DNA of 64,000 bases, taken from assembly GCF_963921235.1 (NCBI RefSeq), contig NC_086097.1, positions 90,274,001 through 90,338,000 on the forward strand, written 5' to 3'. Shown piece by piece: positions 49,948 through 62,152 of this stretch (position 1 is its first letter; each line of letters starts with the position of its first letter). A program made the translations under genes and the position numbers. The notes beneath the pieces were generated by a model. That model saw only the letters and a list, made by a program, of their open reading frames with translations, did not search any database and had not been told where the DNA came from. This DNA comes from Mobula hypostoma. Taxonomy: Eukaryota.

Positions 49948-52900
49948 CTATAAGATATAGGAGCAGAAGCCAGCCATTCGGCCCATCAAGTCTGCTCTGC
50001 CATTCAATCAAGGGCTGATCCAATTCTTCCAGTCATCCCCACTCCCCTGCCTTCTCCCTCATACCTTTTGATGCCCTGGCTAATCAAGAACCTATCTATC
50101 TCTGCCTTAAGTGCACCCAATGACTTGGCCTCTACAGCTGTTCATGGCAACAAATTCCACAGATTTCCCACCCTCTGACTAAGTAATTTCTCCGCATCTC
50201 TGTTGTGAATGGACGTCCTTCAGTTCTGAATTTGTGCTCTGTTGTCCTGGACTCCCCTACCATGGGAAATGACTTTGCCATATCTAATTGTTCAGGCCTT
50301 TTAACATTCGGAATGTTTCTATGAGATCCCCCCTCATTCTCCTGAACTCCAGGGAATACAGGCCAAGAGCTGCCAGAAGTCTCTCATACGGTAACTCTTT
50401 CATTCCTGGAATCATTCTCATGAATCTTCTCTGAACCCTCTCCAATGTCAGTATATACTTTCTAAAATAAGAAGCCCAAAACTGCACACAATACTCCAGG
50501 TGTGGTCTCACGAGTGCCTCAACATCGCATCCCTGCTCTTGTATTCAATACCTCTAGAAATGAATGCCAACATTGCATTCGCCGCCTTCACCACCGACTC
50601 AACCTGGAGGTTAACCTTTAAGGTATCCTGCACAGGGATTCCCAAGTCCCTTTGCAGCTTGAATTCTCTCTCCATTTAAATAATAATCTGCCCATTTATT
50701 TCTTCCAAAGTGTATGACCCTACACTTTCCAACATTGTATTTCATTTGCCACTTTGCCCGTTCCCCTAAACTATCTAAGTCTCTCTGCAGGCTCTCTGTT
50801 TCCTCAACACTACCCGCTCCTCCACCTATCTTTGTATCATTAGCAAATTTGGATCCCATAGTCCAAATCATTGACATGCATTGTAAAAAGCAGCGGTCCC
50901 AACACCAACCCCTGTGGAACTCCACTGGCAACCGGCAGCCAGCCAGAGTAGGATCCCTTTATTCCCACTGTTTTCTGCCAATCAACCAGTGCTCCACCCA
51001 TGCTAGTAACTCCCCTATAATTCCATGGGACCGTATCTTGCTAAGCAACCTCATGTGTGGCACCTTGTCAAAGGCCTTCTGAAAATCCAAATACACCACA
51101 TCTCCTGCATCTCCTTTGTTTACACTGCTTGTAATTTTCTCAAAAAATTGCAGTATGTTAGTCAGGCAGGATTTTCCTTTCAGGAAACCATGCTGGCTTT
51201 GGCCTATCTTGTCATGTGCTTCCAGGTACTCAGTAATCTCATCCCTTACAGTTGATTCCAACAACTTCCCAGCCACTGATGTCAGACTAACAGATCTATA
51301 GTTTCCTTTCTGCTGCTTCCCACCCTTCTTAAATAGCGGAGTAGCATTTTTAATTTTTCAGTCATCCAGTACAATGCCAGAATCTATCAATTTTGGAAAG
51401 ATCATTGTTAATGTCTCCACAATCTCTCCAGCTACTTCCTTCAGAACCCAAGGGTGCATCCCATCAGGTCCAGGAGATTTATCCACCCTCAGACCAGTAA
51501 GCTTCCTGAGCACCTTTCCAGTCTTAATTTTCGCTGCACACTCCTCACTTCCCTGACAATCATGAATCTCTGGTATACTGCTGATGTCTTCCACTGTGAA
51601 GACTGATGCAAAATATGCATTCAGTTCCTCTGCCATCTCTGCATCTCTCATTACAATATCTCCAGCGTCATTTTCAATTGGTTCTATATCTACCCTAGAC
51701 TCTTTTACCCTTTATATACTTAAAAAATCTTTTAGTATTTTCTTTGATATTAGTCGCTAGTGTCACATACCCTGTGACGGGAATAAAGAACCAGCAGAGA
51801 TGGAAAACACTTTGGAGCCCAGTATTGCTATAAACTAATAACATTTATTAGTAACTACACAATACAGCAATATAAATGTAGATAAATCAAACAGGTTAGC
51901 AATGATCATATATATAAGTAAGTAAATCAGTAAGTGTGGAAATATATGTATGAAAACTAAGCTTCTTTAAGTCTAGGGGTAAAAAGATAGTCTTACAATG
52001 ATGAGTGAAGTTCAGTTCAATTCAATTTGTGGTATTGAGTTGAGTAGTGTTGGAGAGAGAGGGAGAGATTTGAGTCTTCAGGTGAACTGATGCCGTCAAT
52101 CTTCTCGTTTTCGTTCGAAATCCTTTAAAAGTCACCGACTGTGACTTTAACAATGGGGACCGGTTTTCTGTGGTGGAGCTTTCCCCCAGGCGAGGGTGGA
52201 CACATGGACAACTCCCCACCAGTCAACCCTTCTCTTTCCACTGCAAGAGCGATGGATCGATCCGCCTGATCGATCCTCCAAAACCCACTTTTTTCTGCGG
52301 GCACAACAATGCTCATTCAGTGTCCAAACATGTGTCTGAGGTCTGTATCATCTGACCTCCTATTTATCTCACCATACTGGGTACCACCTGTCATTCAAAT
52401 AATCCCTCCTTCCTCTCTCTGTGAAAGAAATGCAAGCAGGCAAAAATCCTTGAAGAAAGTGTCAACAACTTGCCAAAAATCATAACATCGAGTGTCCATT
52501 AAATAACGCCCTCGGTCACCGCAGCAACTTACGAGCTGCTTGGTGCTGCCTCCAACTTCAGCAGAAATTCAAAAGTTAACCAGTTCTTTCTCGTGCCTTA
52601 AAGTGACAGTCCCACAGTTAATCTTGGTGTCGCTCTCTCTTTTACAAACAAGTCGGTGTTAAATAACTCTCTCTCTCTCTCTTTTCCAAACAACAGTTCA
52701 TAGGGGTAATTCAGGATCCCATCACACTAGCTTCCTCTCATAATTCAACTTTTCCTTCCTAATGACCTTCTTAGTTTCCTTCTGCAAGTTTTTAAAAGCT
52801 TCCCAATCCTCTATATTCCCGCTAGTCTTGCCTTCCTTGTATGTACTCTCTTTTGTTTTTACTTTGGCTCTGACTTCACTTGTCAGCCACGGTGGTGTCC

Positions 52901-53580
52901 TTCCATTCGAAAATTTCTTCTTATTTGGAATATATGTGTCTTGCACTTCCCTCGTTTTTCGCAGAAACTCCAGCCATTGCTGCTTTGCTGTCCTTCCTGC
53001 TAGTGTCTCTTTCCAGACAACCTTGGCCAGTTTCCCTCTCATGCCATTGTACTTTCCTTTATTCCACTGAAATACCAACACATTGGAATTTAGTTTCTCC
53101 TTCTCAAATTTCAAAGTGAACTTTATCATATTGTGATCACTGTTCCCTAAGGGTTCCTTACCCTTAAGCGCTCTTATCACCGCTGGATCATTGCACAACA
53201 CCCAATTCAGCACAGCCTAGTAGGCTCAACAACAACAAAATCGCTCCAATTCTCATCTCCCTGCCAAATTAGTTTAAACCCTCCCAAACAGCTCTATTAA
53301 ACCTGCCTGCTAGGATATTGGACCCCTTTGGGTTCAGGTGTAACCAGTTTTTTTTTTAAACAGGTCGTACTTCCCCCAGAGGAGGCCCCAATGATCCAGG
53401 AACCCAAACCCTGCCCCCTATGCCAGTCTCTCAGCGGCACATTAATATGCCTGATCATGCTATTCTTGCACTCAGTAGCATGTGGCACAGGCAGCAATCC
53501 CAAGATTACTACCCTGAAAGTCCTGCTTTTTAGCTTCCTACCCAACTCCCTGAATTCTCTCTTCAGGATGACCTCCTATT
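49948..53580 (-). mobile_element. Old CR1 LINE (decayed ORF2 and part of ORF1), interrupted by a solo LTR
   Basis: RPHLEYCVQFW, YLDFQKAFDKVPH, DKSPGPDG, SDHNMI and VVILGLLPVP fragments. Confidence 0.9.
51761..52726 (-). mobile_element. Solo LTR (Gypsy-like), 966 bp
   Basis: TG...CA termini (tgtcaca...atcaca); 4-bp TSD ctag; minus-strand AATAAA at 51844-51849; host CR1 resumes exactly. Confidence 0.85.
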
Positions 53581-53977
53581 TTACTGACTGATCAAAGATC
53601 TGCACTTGCAGCAGCTGTTGACATTTTGCTATTGAATTGTAATGTGAAGAATAGCAATTCAAGGAAGGAACTATGCCTCAACCTAATCTGCTATTACTTT
53701 CCAAGCAAAATAGAAATGGCTGGAAGAGCTTGGTGGGTCAGACAGCATTGGTGGAGGCAAAGGAGTGGATAGGACTTGGTCTGAATTGTCAACCATTCCT
53801 TTGATTCCACAGATGCTACCTAATCCAGAGTTTCTTAGCTGGTCTCCAAAAGAAAAACAAACTGCATCTGTATCTTTGTGTCTGTCCAGTGGTTGATGGA
53901 AGGGGGCAAAGCGTAATTGCCTGTTCTGCATCCTATGTAATAACTAGTAATTCCACATTAAAGGTGAGATTTTAAGC

Positions 53978-54775
53978 CACAAGACATAGGAGCAGAATTA
54001 GGCCCTTTTGAGTCTTCTGCGTCATTTCATCATGTCTAATCTATTTTCCTCTCAACCCCATAGCCTATGAGCCTCCACCTTAAATACATCCAATGACTTG
54101 GCCTCCACACTGGTTGTGGTAACAAATTTCACATATTCACCACTCTCTGGCTAAGGAAATTCCTGCTCATATCTTCTAAATGGGCATACCTCTATTCTGA
54201 GGCTGTGCCCTCTGGTCCTAGAGTTCCCCCACCACAGGAAACATTCTCTTTGCATTCACACTCTCTAGTCCTTTCAACATTTGATAGATTTCAACGAGAC
54301 CCCCCCCCCCCCATTATTTTAATTTCTACCAGTAAAGGCCCAGAGTGTGGCATGTGACCAAGTGGTTAGGGCGTTGGACTAGCGATCTGAAGGTTGTGGG
54401 TTCAAGCCTCGGCAGAGGCAGCATGCGTGTCCTTGAGCAAGACACTTAACCACACAATGCTCTAGTCTACCCAACTGAGAATGGGTACTGGCAGAAATGC
54501 TGGGGGTTAACCTCACAATAGACTGGCGTCCTATCCGGTGGTGGGGTGGGGGGGGGGGGGGAGTCTCGTACTGTCAGTCACTTCACGCCATGGAAACCAG
54601 CATACCAGCATAAGCACTGGCATGATGGGCCACAAGGCTCGTGACAGACTTTAGATTAAAGGCCCAGAGCCATCAATCACTTCTCACTGATGAGTCTTTC
54701 ATTCCCAGAATCATTCTTGTGAGCCTCCCCCAATGTCAGCACATCCATATTTAAATAAGGCCCAAAACTGCTCGT
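53978..54775 (-). mobile_element. CR1 3' fragment hosting a SINE
   Basis: caagacataggagcagaattaggcc reverse tail; decayed RT C-terminus. Confidence 0.8.
54346..54656 (+). mobile_element. Full-length tRNA-derived MetaSINE-like element
   Basis: A box tgaccaagtgg, B box ggttcaagcc, core gtgtccttgagcaagacactt...aatgggtac; 13-bp TSD taaaggcccagag. Confidence 0.88.
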
Positions 54776-54971
54776 TGCTCAACATTGAAGAGTTAGATTT
54801 CAAAATGAAAATGCATTGAACACTGCTTCCTGATTTGTGGAAATTATCTCCTGGAAACATTATTTGAACTTTCTGAAGTGACTTTATAATGTGCTTGAAC
54901 TGGTTTAATCATAATTGCTTAGGGCAGAACATGTGTAGTTAACTGTTTTCTTCTTTTTATTTAACATATAG

Positions 54972-55114
54972 AACCTGTGTCGAATTTGGCAATCTGTACC
55001 AGAACAGCTTGTTATGTTTCTTGCACTTGACCTGCTGGCCTTGGTGGAACTGATGCACATTGCTGAAATTGTTCATGGAGGCATTGCACCTGAAACACTT
55101 CTTCTGAGCCTCAA
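54972..55114 (+). CDS. BUB1B: BUB1B exon (~20), catalytic loop region
   Basis: 143 nt; ...LVELMHIAEIVHGGIAPETLLL; donor gttagt. Confidence 0.93.
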
Positions 55115-55728
55115 GTTAGTTTAAATATTCTTCTAAGCAAAGTTTAAGAAGTATAAATATTGTCTTGGGTAGGTTTATGATTTGAAGCATTCTTGGATTC
55201 TGAACGAGTTTTTGCGAGTTCATCATGGAATTCCTTTCTGAGACTGTCCTGGAATCTTGGAATTGGATCGATAACAGTGAGGCTATGAGCAATTCAGAAT
55301 TGTGCACTAAAAATGGCCTCTTGCCACCTATACTTTCAGCCCAGACTCCACAATAGAATGAATTTTTGGGTTGTGCAACAAGTGGTGATCACAGCTGATG
55401 GACGGAATCCTGTTCATTCATTCCATTGTTTGTTTATTTTTGTTAAGCACAAGAAGTTGAAATTCACTCATTGAAGACCAGCTTGTGCTTTTAATGTTGT
55501 GTTAACTAACTGGAACACATGACTTGTGTTTTGGATGCTCCTGGGGTGCATCTATTTTTCAAAATAACATTGTTGTAATAAATTGTCTGAACATAGATTG
55601 TTAGAAAATAGAATTATTCAAAATTCAACAAATGTAAACTTAATCCCTCATTTTTGTGAGCATATTTGGGTCATTGAATTTGCTTTTTATTTTGGAAACT
55701 GATATGTTTAATCTGCCTTCCTCCTTAG

Positions 55729-55903
55729 GCTCTTTAACAGTGCCTCCACATGTCTTGATGGTGACAGTTTAGTGAAGCTCGTGGACTTCACACACAGCTT
55801 GGATTTAAGGCAGCAGGCTAATGTTGCCACATTTACAGGTTTTCCAACAGTTCATTCATTACCCAATAGAGATCTCCTTTTGGAGTGTACCAGTGCCTAC
55901 CAG
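55729..55903 (+). CDS. BUB1B: BUB1B exon (~21), DFG-equivalent DFT
   Basis: ...LVKLVDFTHSLDLRQQ...SAYQ; ccttag / gtaaga. Confidence 0.94.
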
Positions 55904-56189
55904 GTAAGATGCTGCATAGAGCTGACCTATGGCGTAATGCTGTTAACCAAATGTAGACAAAATGTCAGAATGATGAGCATCATTATGTTTCACTTTGAAG
56001 ACCCTTGATCAGTTCAGTTCCAAAGAAGGTTCTTTTCATTCCACAGATAAGATTGCATTTGTCTGAGTGGGATGGACTTTGACATAGTATTGGCATGTTA
56101 GGCAGGATTTGATTCTCTATCCTTGGCTGCCTTTAAACTATTCCATTTCTGTTTCCAGTAGGTAGCAGTCCATCTTGGACTCATTTATA

Positions 56190-56480
56190 TAAAAAAAAAG
56201 TACAGCACAGAAACAGGGCCTTTGGTCCATCTAGTCTGTGCTAGACCATTTAAACTGCCTAGTCCTGTCGACCTTCTCCAATTCACCCCCCCCCCCCAAA
56301 ATGCATGTATGTATCCAAGTTTAAACATTAAAATTGAGCTTTCATGGACTACTTGCACTGACAGCTCGTTCCACACTCACTACCCTCTGAGTGAAGAAGA
56401 TTCCCCATGTTCATTTTACCTTTCACCCTTAACCCATGACCTCCAGCTGCTGTCCCACCCAACCTCTGAGGAGAAAGCCT
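56190..56480 (-). mobile_element. CR1 3' fragment
   Basis: gtacagcacagaaacagggcc reverse tail; WNELS motif. Confidence 0.75.
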
Positions 56481-57345
56481 GATTGCAACACATTCCAATG
56501 TATCTGGGCACTCAGCCTTCAGCAGCAGAGGTTGCCCAATCATCTTGCGAGACAAGTAGACTGAAGTCAGTCATTGCAAATAGTGTGCTATTTCAATTGC
56601 AGCATTTAATTATAGAACTTTGCTCAACAACCTTACTGAAGAATACCTACAGTTAGCAATTAAATGTTCAAACTGGTGAAAGCGGAGTAGTAGAGAATAG
56701 AAAACAGGAAGGATGCAGTACTTGGTGCTATTCATGTTTAGGAATCAAGTTATCATCAAAGTTGATTTTTCCCTTTTAGCAACAACTGCATTAAATAGGG
56801 AGCACAAGTGGCCCAAATTGGCTGAAGTGCTAAATTATCACATAATTGGACATTTCTTTTACACATCTATTTGGAAGTGCCAGTATTTATTCATCTCCTC
56901 GGGAGGTGGTGGGGAATGAGAGTTTGTGTATATAGACTGCAACATATTTTAACAGCATTAGTACTGGCTATAAACATCTTGGGACATTCTGAAATTGATG
57001 ATTGCTGAACTCCGTTCCTCACAGCTCTGAGAGAACCTTCCCCTATCTGTCAGCCCATCATTCTTTCCATATACCTCTTCAATTAAGGATGAGTAATGCT
57101 TGCCTTGTCATCCCAGTATGGAAGAATACACACCATTCCTAACTTTAATTTCACCACCAAGCTTCGCAAAAGTAGCTGGATTATGTATCTGTAGGAATAG
57201 TCTGTTTCAAAATTTCACAATAAATCTTTGAATCATAATTGAGGTTGGGTCAAAAGGCTTTTGCATCCTCCTTACTTGATCAATGTGATTAATTTCTAAA
57301 GTAACTGCCATTAATATATAAACGGCCTGTATTGGGATTGAGATA

Positions 57346-59290
57346 CAGTGCCTATACAAAGTATTCACCTCCTCCCTTAGTTTTCATGTTTTATTATTTT
57401 ACTACATTGAATCACAGTGGATTTAGTTTGGTCTTTTTTTGACCCTGATCAACAGAAAAAGACTCGTGTCAAAGTGAAAACAGATCTCGACAAAGTGACC
57501 TAAATTAATTACAGATATAAAACACAAAATAATTGATTCACCCCCTTTAATATGACACTCCAAATCATCACTGGTGCGGCCAGTTGGTTTTAGAAGTCAC
57601 GTAATTAGTTAAATGGGGATCACCGTGTGCAGTCAAGTTGTTTCAATTGATTGTAGAAAAAATACACATGTATCTGGAAGGTCCTGTGAGAGTGATTTTT
57701 ATGTTTAGGACATATACATTTAACAATAGACTTGGCTCCCAGTCTTCACTTCTGAAAATGTATTGTGCATTTAATTTGGAGTGAGGTTCTGAACAATGGG
57801 TTCCTGAAAATTGTGAATTCAGTTGTGAATTAAAATTCATTTTGATATCTATGATGTGGATGTGAATCAGGAGGTGTGACGGTTGTACGTAGTTTCAAAG
57901 AAAGCATTGTCCATGCATTGTAAATGTGGAGTTGTCCTCTGGCACATAAAATATTGAGCCCCACGTTGGGCCAGCAGACCTTTCCATCAAAAGCGTGTCC
58001 ATATGATGCCTAATGTACCTTGTTTTGTCAAATAACAAAGCTGCTTTGTATCTACCAGTAATTTTCATTCACGCAACAACAGTCCAGCCACTGGTGAGTC
58101 AGTATCCTGGCAAAAACTAAACCATGAAGACAGAAGAACACTTCAAGCAGCTCTGCAAAAAGGTTATTGAAAGGCATAAGTCAGGAGATGGACACAAGAA
58201 AATTTCCATTCCCTAGAAATCTTTTTCAGTGTAGTTAAGTTAATCATCAAGAAATGGAAAGAATGTGGCATAGCTATAAATAGGTAGACAGCAGGCCATC
58301 TTCAAAAACTAAGTGACCGTGCAAGAAAGGGACTAGTGAGGGAGGCCACCAAGAGACCTGTGACAGCTCTGGAGGAGTTGCAAGCTTCAGTGGCTGAGAT
58401 GGGAGAGACTGCATACAACAACTGCTCCCTGGATGCTTCACCATTCACAGTTTATGGGAGAGTGGCAAAGGCAAAGCTGCTGTTTTTTTAAAAAGTCGCA
58501 TGAAATCTTCGCTAGAGTTTGTCAGAAGGTGTGTGGGAGTCTCTGAAGTCAGCTGGAAAAAGGTTCTATGATCTGATGAAGCCAAAATTGAGTTTTTTGG
58601 CCATCAGACTAACCACTATGTTTGGCATAAGCCAAACACTACATCATCAAAAGCACACCACCCCTACCGTGAAGCATGGTGGTGACTGCATCATGCTTTG
58701 GGGATGCTTCACTGCAGCAGGCCCTGGAAAGCTTGTGAAGGTAGAGGGTAAACTACTGGGAAATCCTGGAGGAAAACCTGATGCAGTCTGTAAGAAATAG
58801 AACTGCGAATTGGGAGAAGATCTGTTTTCCAGCAAGACAATGACCCAAGCATAAAGCCAAATACATAGGAATGACCAGGTCAGGGTCCAGACCATAATCC
58901 AATTGAGAATTTGTGACTGGATTTAAAAAGGGTTGTTCACTCATGATCCCCATGCAATCTGACAGAGCTTGAGCAGTTTTATAAAGAAGAATGGGGAAAA
59001 TTTGCAGTGTCCAGATGTGTAAAGCTATCCTCAGACTTGAGACTAATTGCTGCGAAAGGTGCACCTGCTAAATACTGACTTGAAGGGGATGAATACTTGT
59101 GCAATCAGTTATTTTGTATTTTATATTTGTAATTAATTCAGATCACTTTGTAGAGATCTGTTTTCACTTTGACACAAAAGACTTTCTGTTGATCAATGTC
59201 AAAAAAGCAATATTTGATCCACTGTGATTCAATGGTGTAAAACAATAAAACATGAAGCTGCAGTGGGGTTAAGTACTTTTTACTGGCACG
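57346..59290 (+). mobile_element. Tc1-family transposon (Passport-like), decayed
   Basis: TA-flanked ~200-bp inverted repeats; transposase from ATG 58124 (MKTEEH..Q), WSDE, TVKHGG.CIMLWGCF, FQQDNDPKH remnants. Confidence 0.92.
57685..58081. mobile_element. Solo LTR, 397 bp, nested in Tc1 5' region
   Basis: TG...CA termini; 4-bp TSD gtcc (57681-57684, 58082-58085). Confidence 0.75.
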
Positions 59291-59381
59291 TAACTTGCAG
59301 TGTTTTATTGTTGCTCATGGACTTGATGACTGATAATCACTAATTATGAGATTGCTATTTAAAATATTTGAGTGGTGGTTA

Positions 59382-59985
59382 ATAAGACTGTAGAGAATGA
59401 TACCATTAAGAAATTCTTTGACTACAAGTACCTAGGGTCAAGAATGATGAGTTCGGAGAAGGACATAAAGATACAGGAGGCGCTGGCGTGGAGGGCTATG
59501 AACGACATGAAGGAAATCTGGAAGTCGAACCTGACCAGAGGGCTTAAAAAGAGGATTTTCATAGCAGTCATAGAGTCCATTCTCATGTACGGATGCGAGA
59601 CGTGGACACTCACCAAGACAATGCGAAAGTCTCTAGATGGTTGCTATACATGAATGCTCCGGGTGGCTCTTGACGTGAGTTGGCAACAGCACATGACGAA
59701 CATCGAGCTCTATAACAACCTACCGATGCTCACCACTAAAATCAAGGCGAGAAGACTGCAACTAGCGGGGCACTGTCTACGCCACCCCAGTCATCATATG
59801 GGAGCCCAAGCAGGGGAGGATGAACCCTGGGCGCCCTCCCAAGACTATGGTCAACACGCTCCTAGAAGACAGCGGCGCGGCTAATGTAGATGAACTGAAC
59901 ACACTGATGAGGGAGAGGGAGAAGTGGAGGGTCCGTCATCGTGCCTGACGCCGGCTCCCTAGGCCTGAGTTGACATAGTAGTAGT
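59382..59985 (+). mobile_element. RTE-clade LINE 3' fragment
   Basis: YKYLGS...LMYGCETWTLT...LAGHCLR; (tag)n tail; 11-bp TSD agtggtggtta. Confidence 0.9.
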
Positions 59986-60847
59986 AGTGGTGGTTAGGTT
60001 ATTAGAATTTGAATAATTTTGAATGTCATTCGGCCCTTAACCTTAGACTAGTATTGTGCCAGTACATTAGCTATAATTGAATTCTGAAATAACTAAAGTC
60101 ATTTCTTCAAATAAGTAAACCATCACAATAGACATGTTATTTTGACAGTGTACTCTTAAACTACAGTAGTTTAGATAACAGAAATTCACCATTATGGAAT
60201 TCATAAATCACCAAAACATCTGAGATGAAATAAAAAATTTGTTTTGCAGAATTTAAGGAAAAAATGGCTAAATACATGATACAAAAAATACAAATATTGT
60301 CAAGACTTGGTATTAGGGGAAATTGTGATAGAGAAAAGTTTCTAGGAACACCCCTTTGTAATAAAAGGATGTAATAGACTCCTATTTGCACATTGAATTT
60401 GATGACCTAAATATCTTAATGCACTTAATGAGAATCAGGGCAAGTATTTTTGATCATTGTGAATGCTTCCTTGATTATTTGGCAAAGGTAAATATGCACT
60501 TATTTGGAAGACATCTTCTAAAATTGATACAGGTGGCTGAACTGTTCCATAATGGTCATAAGCTTGTCAGCAATTTCTTTTGCCAACATTGGGTTAGTGA
60601 GGATTGTAAAAGGTTTCCATTATATTAGTATTCATTGTCCTTTCTATGATGCATTTAATAATTGACTGATTAGTTGGTACCACCTCTTCAGATTTGCAAA
60701 TAAATTTGAGAATGAGGACAAATTTGCAACATTACTATTTAGATGAAGTAAAACTGAATAAAATGTAGTTACTAACCTTATTCTTTTGAATCAAAGATGT
60801 AAGTAGAAAACATGAAATATTTGAGCAACTATCATTGGCTCTTGCAG

Positions 60848-60954
60848 GTTGATCATTTTGGAATTGCAGACACAATACATTTGCTGCTTTTTGGAAGACA
60901 TCTAGATATTTGTAAGGAGGATTCAATATGGATTCTCAGCCCCACATCTTGCAG
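60848..60954 (+). CDS. BUB1B: BUB1B exon (~22)
   Basis: 107 nt; VDHFGIADTIHLLLFGRHL; ttgcag / gtattt. Confidence 0.94.
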
Positions 60955-61590
60955 GTATTTCAGTGACGTTCCATTTTATTTTTTGATGTTAAATGTTTAT
61001 GCCTAATTTTCTTAGCAGCTTGACATTCAGCTTTTCCGCATAAGACTTTGACCCAGTTGCTGTTGGATCAAAAAGTTCTCACATCACTGTGAGACTAACC
61101 AGAAACAAAGCAGACATTTAGATCTTCCTTTGCCACCAAATAATATCTAGAGATCACGGATGCAGCCCATATAGTGATTTTTTTTTTCCCAAGATTGAGC
61201 TTGTATCCAGTCTTGTTTTGTGTTTTTGATTAAAGTACTAATTTTTTCAATTAATTATAATGGCCTACTATTTTCCTACCTCTGCTTCGATGTAGCAATC
61301 TCACTTTGAGTTGGAAGGTTGAATGTTTGAGCCCCAGTCCGGATTCTTGAAAATGTACTCAAATCTTAGTTCAGAAGGAAGATTACAGGATCACTTTTCT
61401 ATCCTGAAGATGAAGTTGAATTATGACTTTATGTCTCCTCCCAACTGAATGAAAACTACCCTTTAGTACCTAGTCTACCTGCAGGTTCCCATATTTCCTG
61501 TATCTCAGTAACTGAACCCTACGTCTTTTCTTGGCTAAGTGGATTTTCAAATCTGAAATTTAATTATAAACTATTTGTGTATTCCTCCAG

Positions 61591-61768
61591 AATGGGCTCA
61601 CTGTACATGGAGTTATGGAAGAGTTTCTTTGAAAAGATTCTAAATGCAGGCAATGCACCTTCTCCCTCTACACTGAGTGATTTGCAACAAACCGTGAGAG
61701 AAGCCATTGAACCCGAGTACGAAATCCTGTGGAATGATGCATTCATGGAAAACCTGATACCTACATAA
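61591..61768 (+). CDS. BUB1B: BUB1B last coding exon (~23)
   Basis: ctccag acceptor; ELWKSFFEKILN...ENLIPT, stop TAA ending 61768. Confidence 0.93.
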
Positions 61769-61890
61769 AAGTACATGATGAATATTTTTAAGAGTACAAA
61801 TTCAGAGCCTGGTTTTTATATTTTGTAATTGAATTCAAGTCCCATATAAATAGATTTTCTGTATTGTTTCCATTGAAATTTACTTTTCAT

Positions 61891-62152
61891 ATTAAAAATG
61901 CTTTTTTCCTGTGGTCCTTTTCCTACAAACAGTAACTGAGTATTATTGCTTCCCTCAGCTTGTGCTATAGATTATTAAGAATAGTGCCTGTTAACCATGT
62001 GCTTTTCTAGCAGAAACGTTTTTTAAAACAGTGGGATTTGTATTTTATTACCATCTATGCCACTAATTATTAAGACCGACAATGTGAAAGACAGCTTTAC
62101 AGTAGCATTTTCTCCTATGTTCATTTAGAAAAATACTTTAGCATATAATAAA
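61891..62152 (+). terminator. Candidate BUB1B polyadenylation signals
   Basis: ATTAAA 61891-61896 followed by T/GT-rich tract; AATAAA 62147-62152. Confidence 0.5.

Noticed and set aside
54346..54425. tRNA gene
   Set aside because: The A and B boxes are the head of a SINE with body and TSD; no complete cloverleaf.
60486..60535. LFGRHL peptide and 14-bp match to exon 22, a possible duplicated exon
   Set aside because: Similarity is limited to tttggaagacatct; no acceptor or flanking homology.
1060..61768. Assignment as BUB1 rather than BUB1B
   Set aside because: KEN2 with flanking ABBAs, the KARD LSPIQE, VPWDFYIN and a degenerate kinase are BubR1 features; BUB1 keeps GxGxxA and HGDIKPDN.
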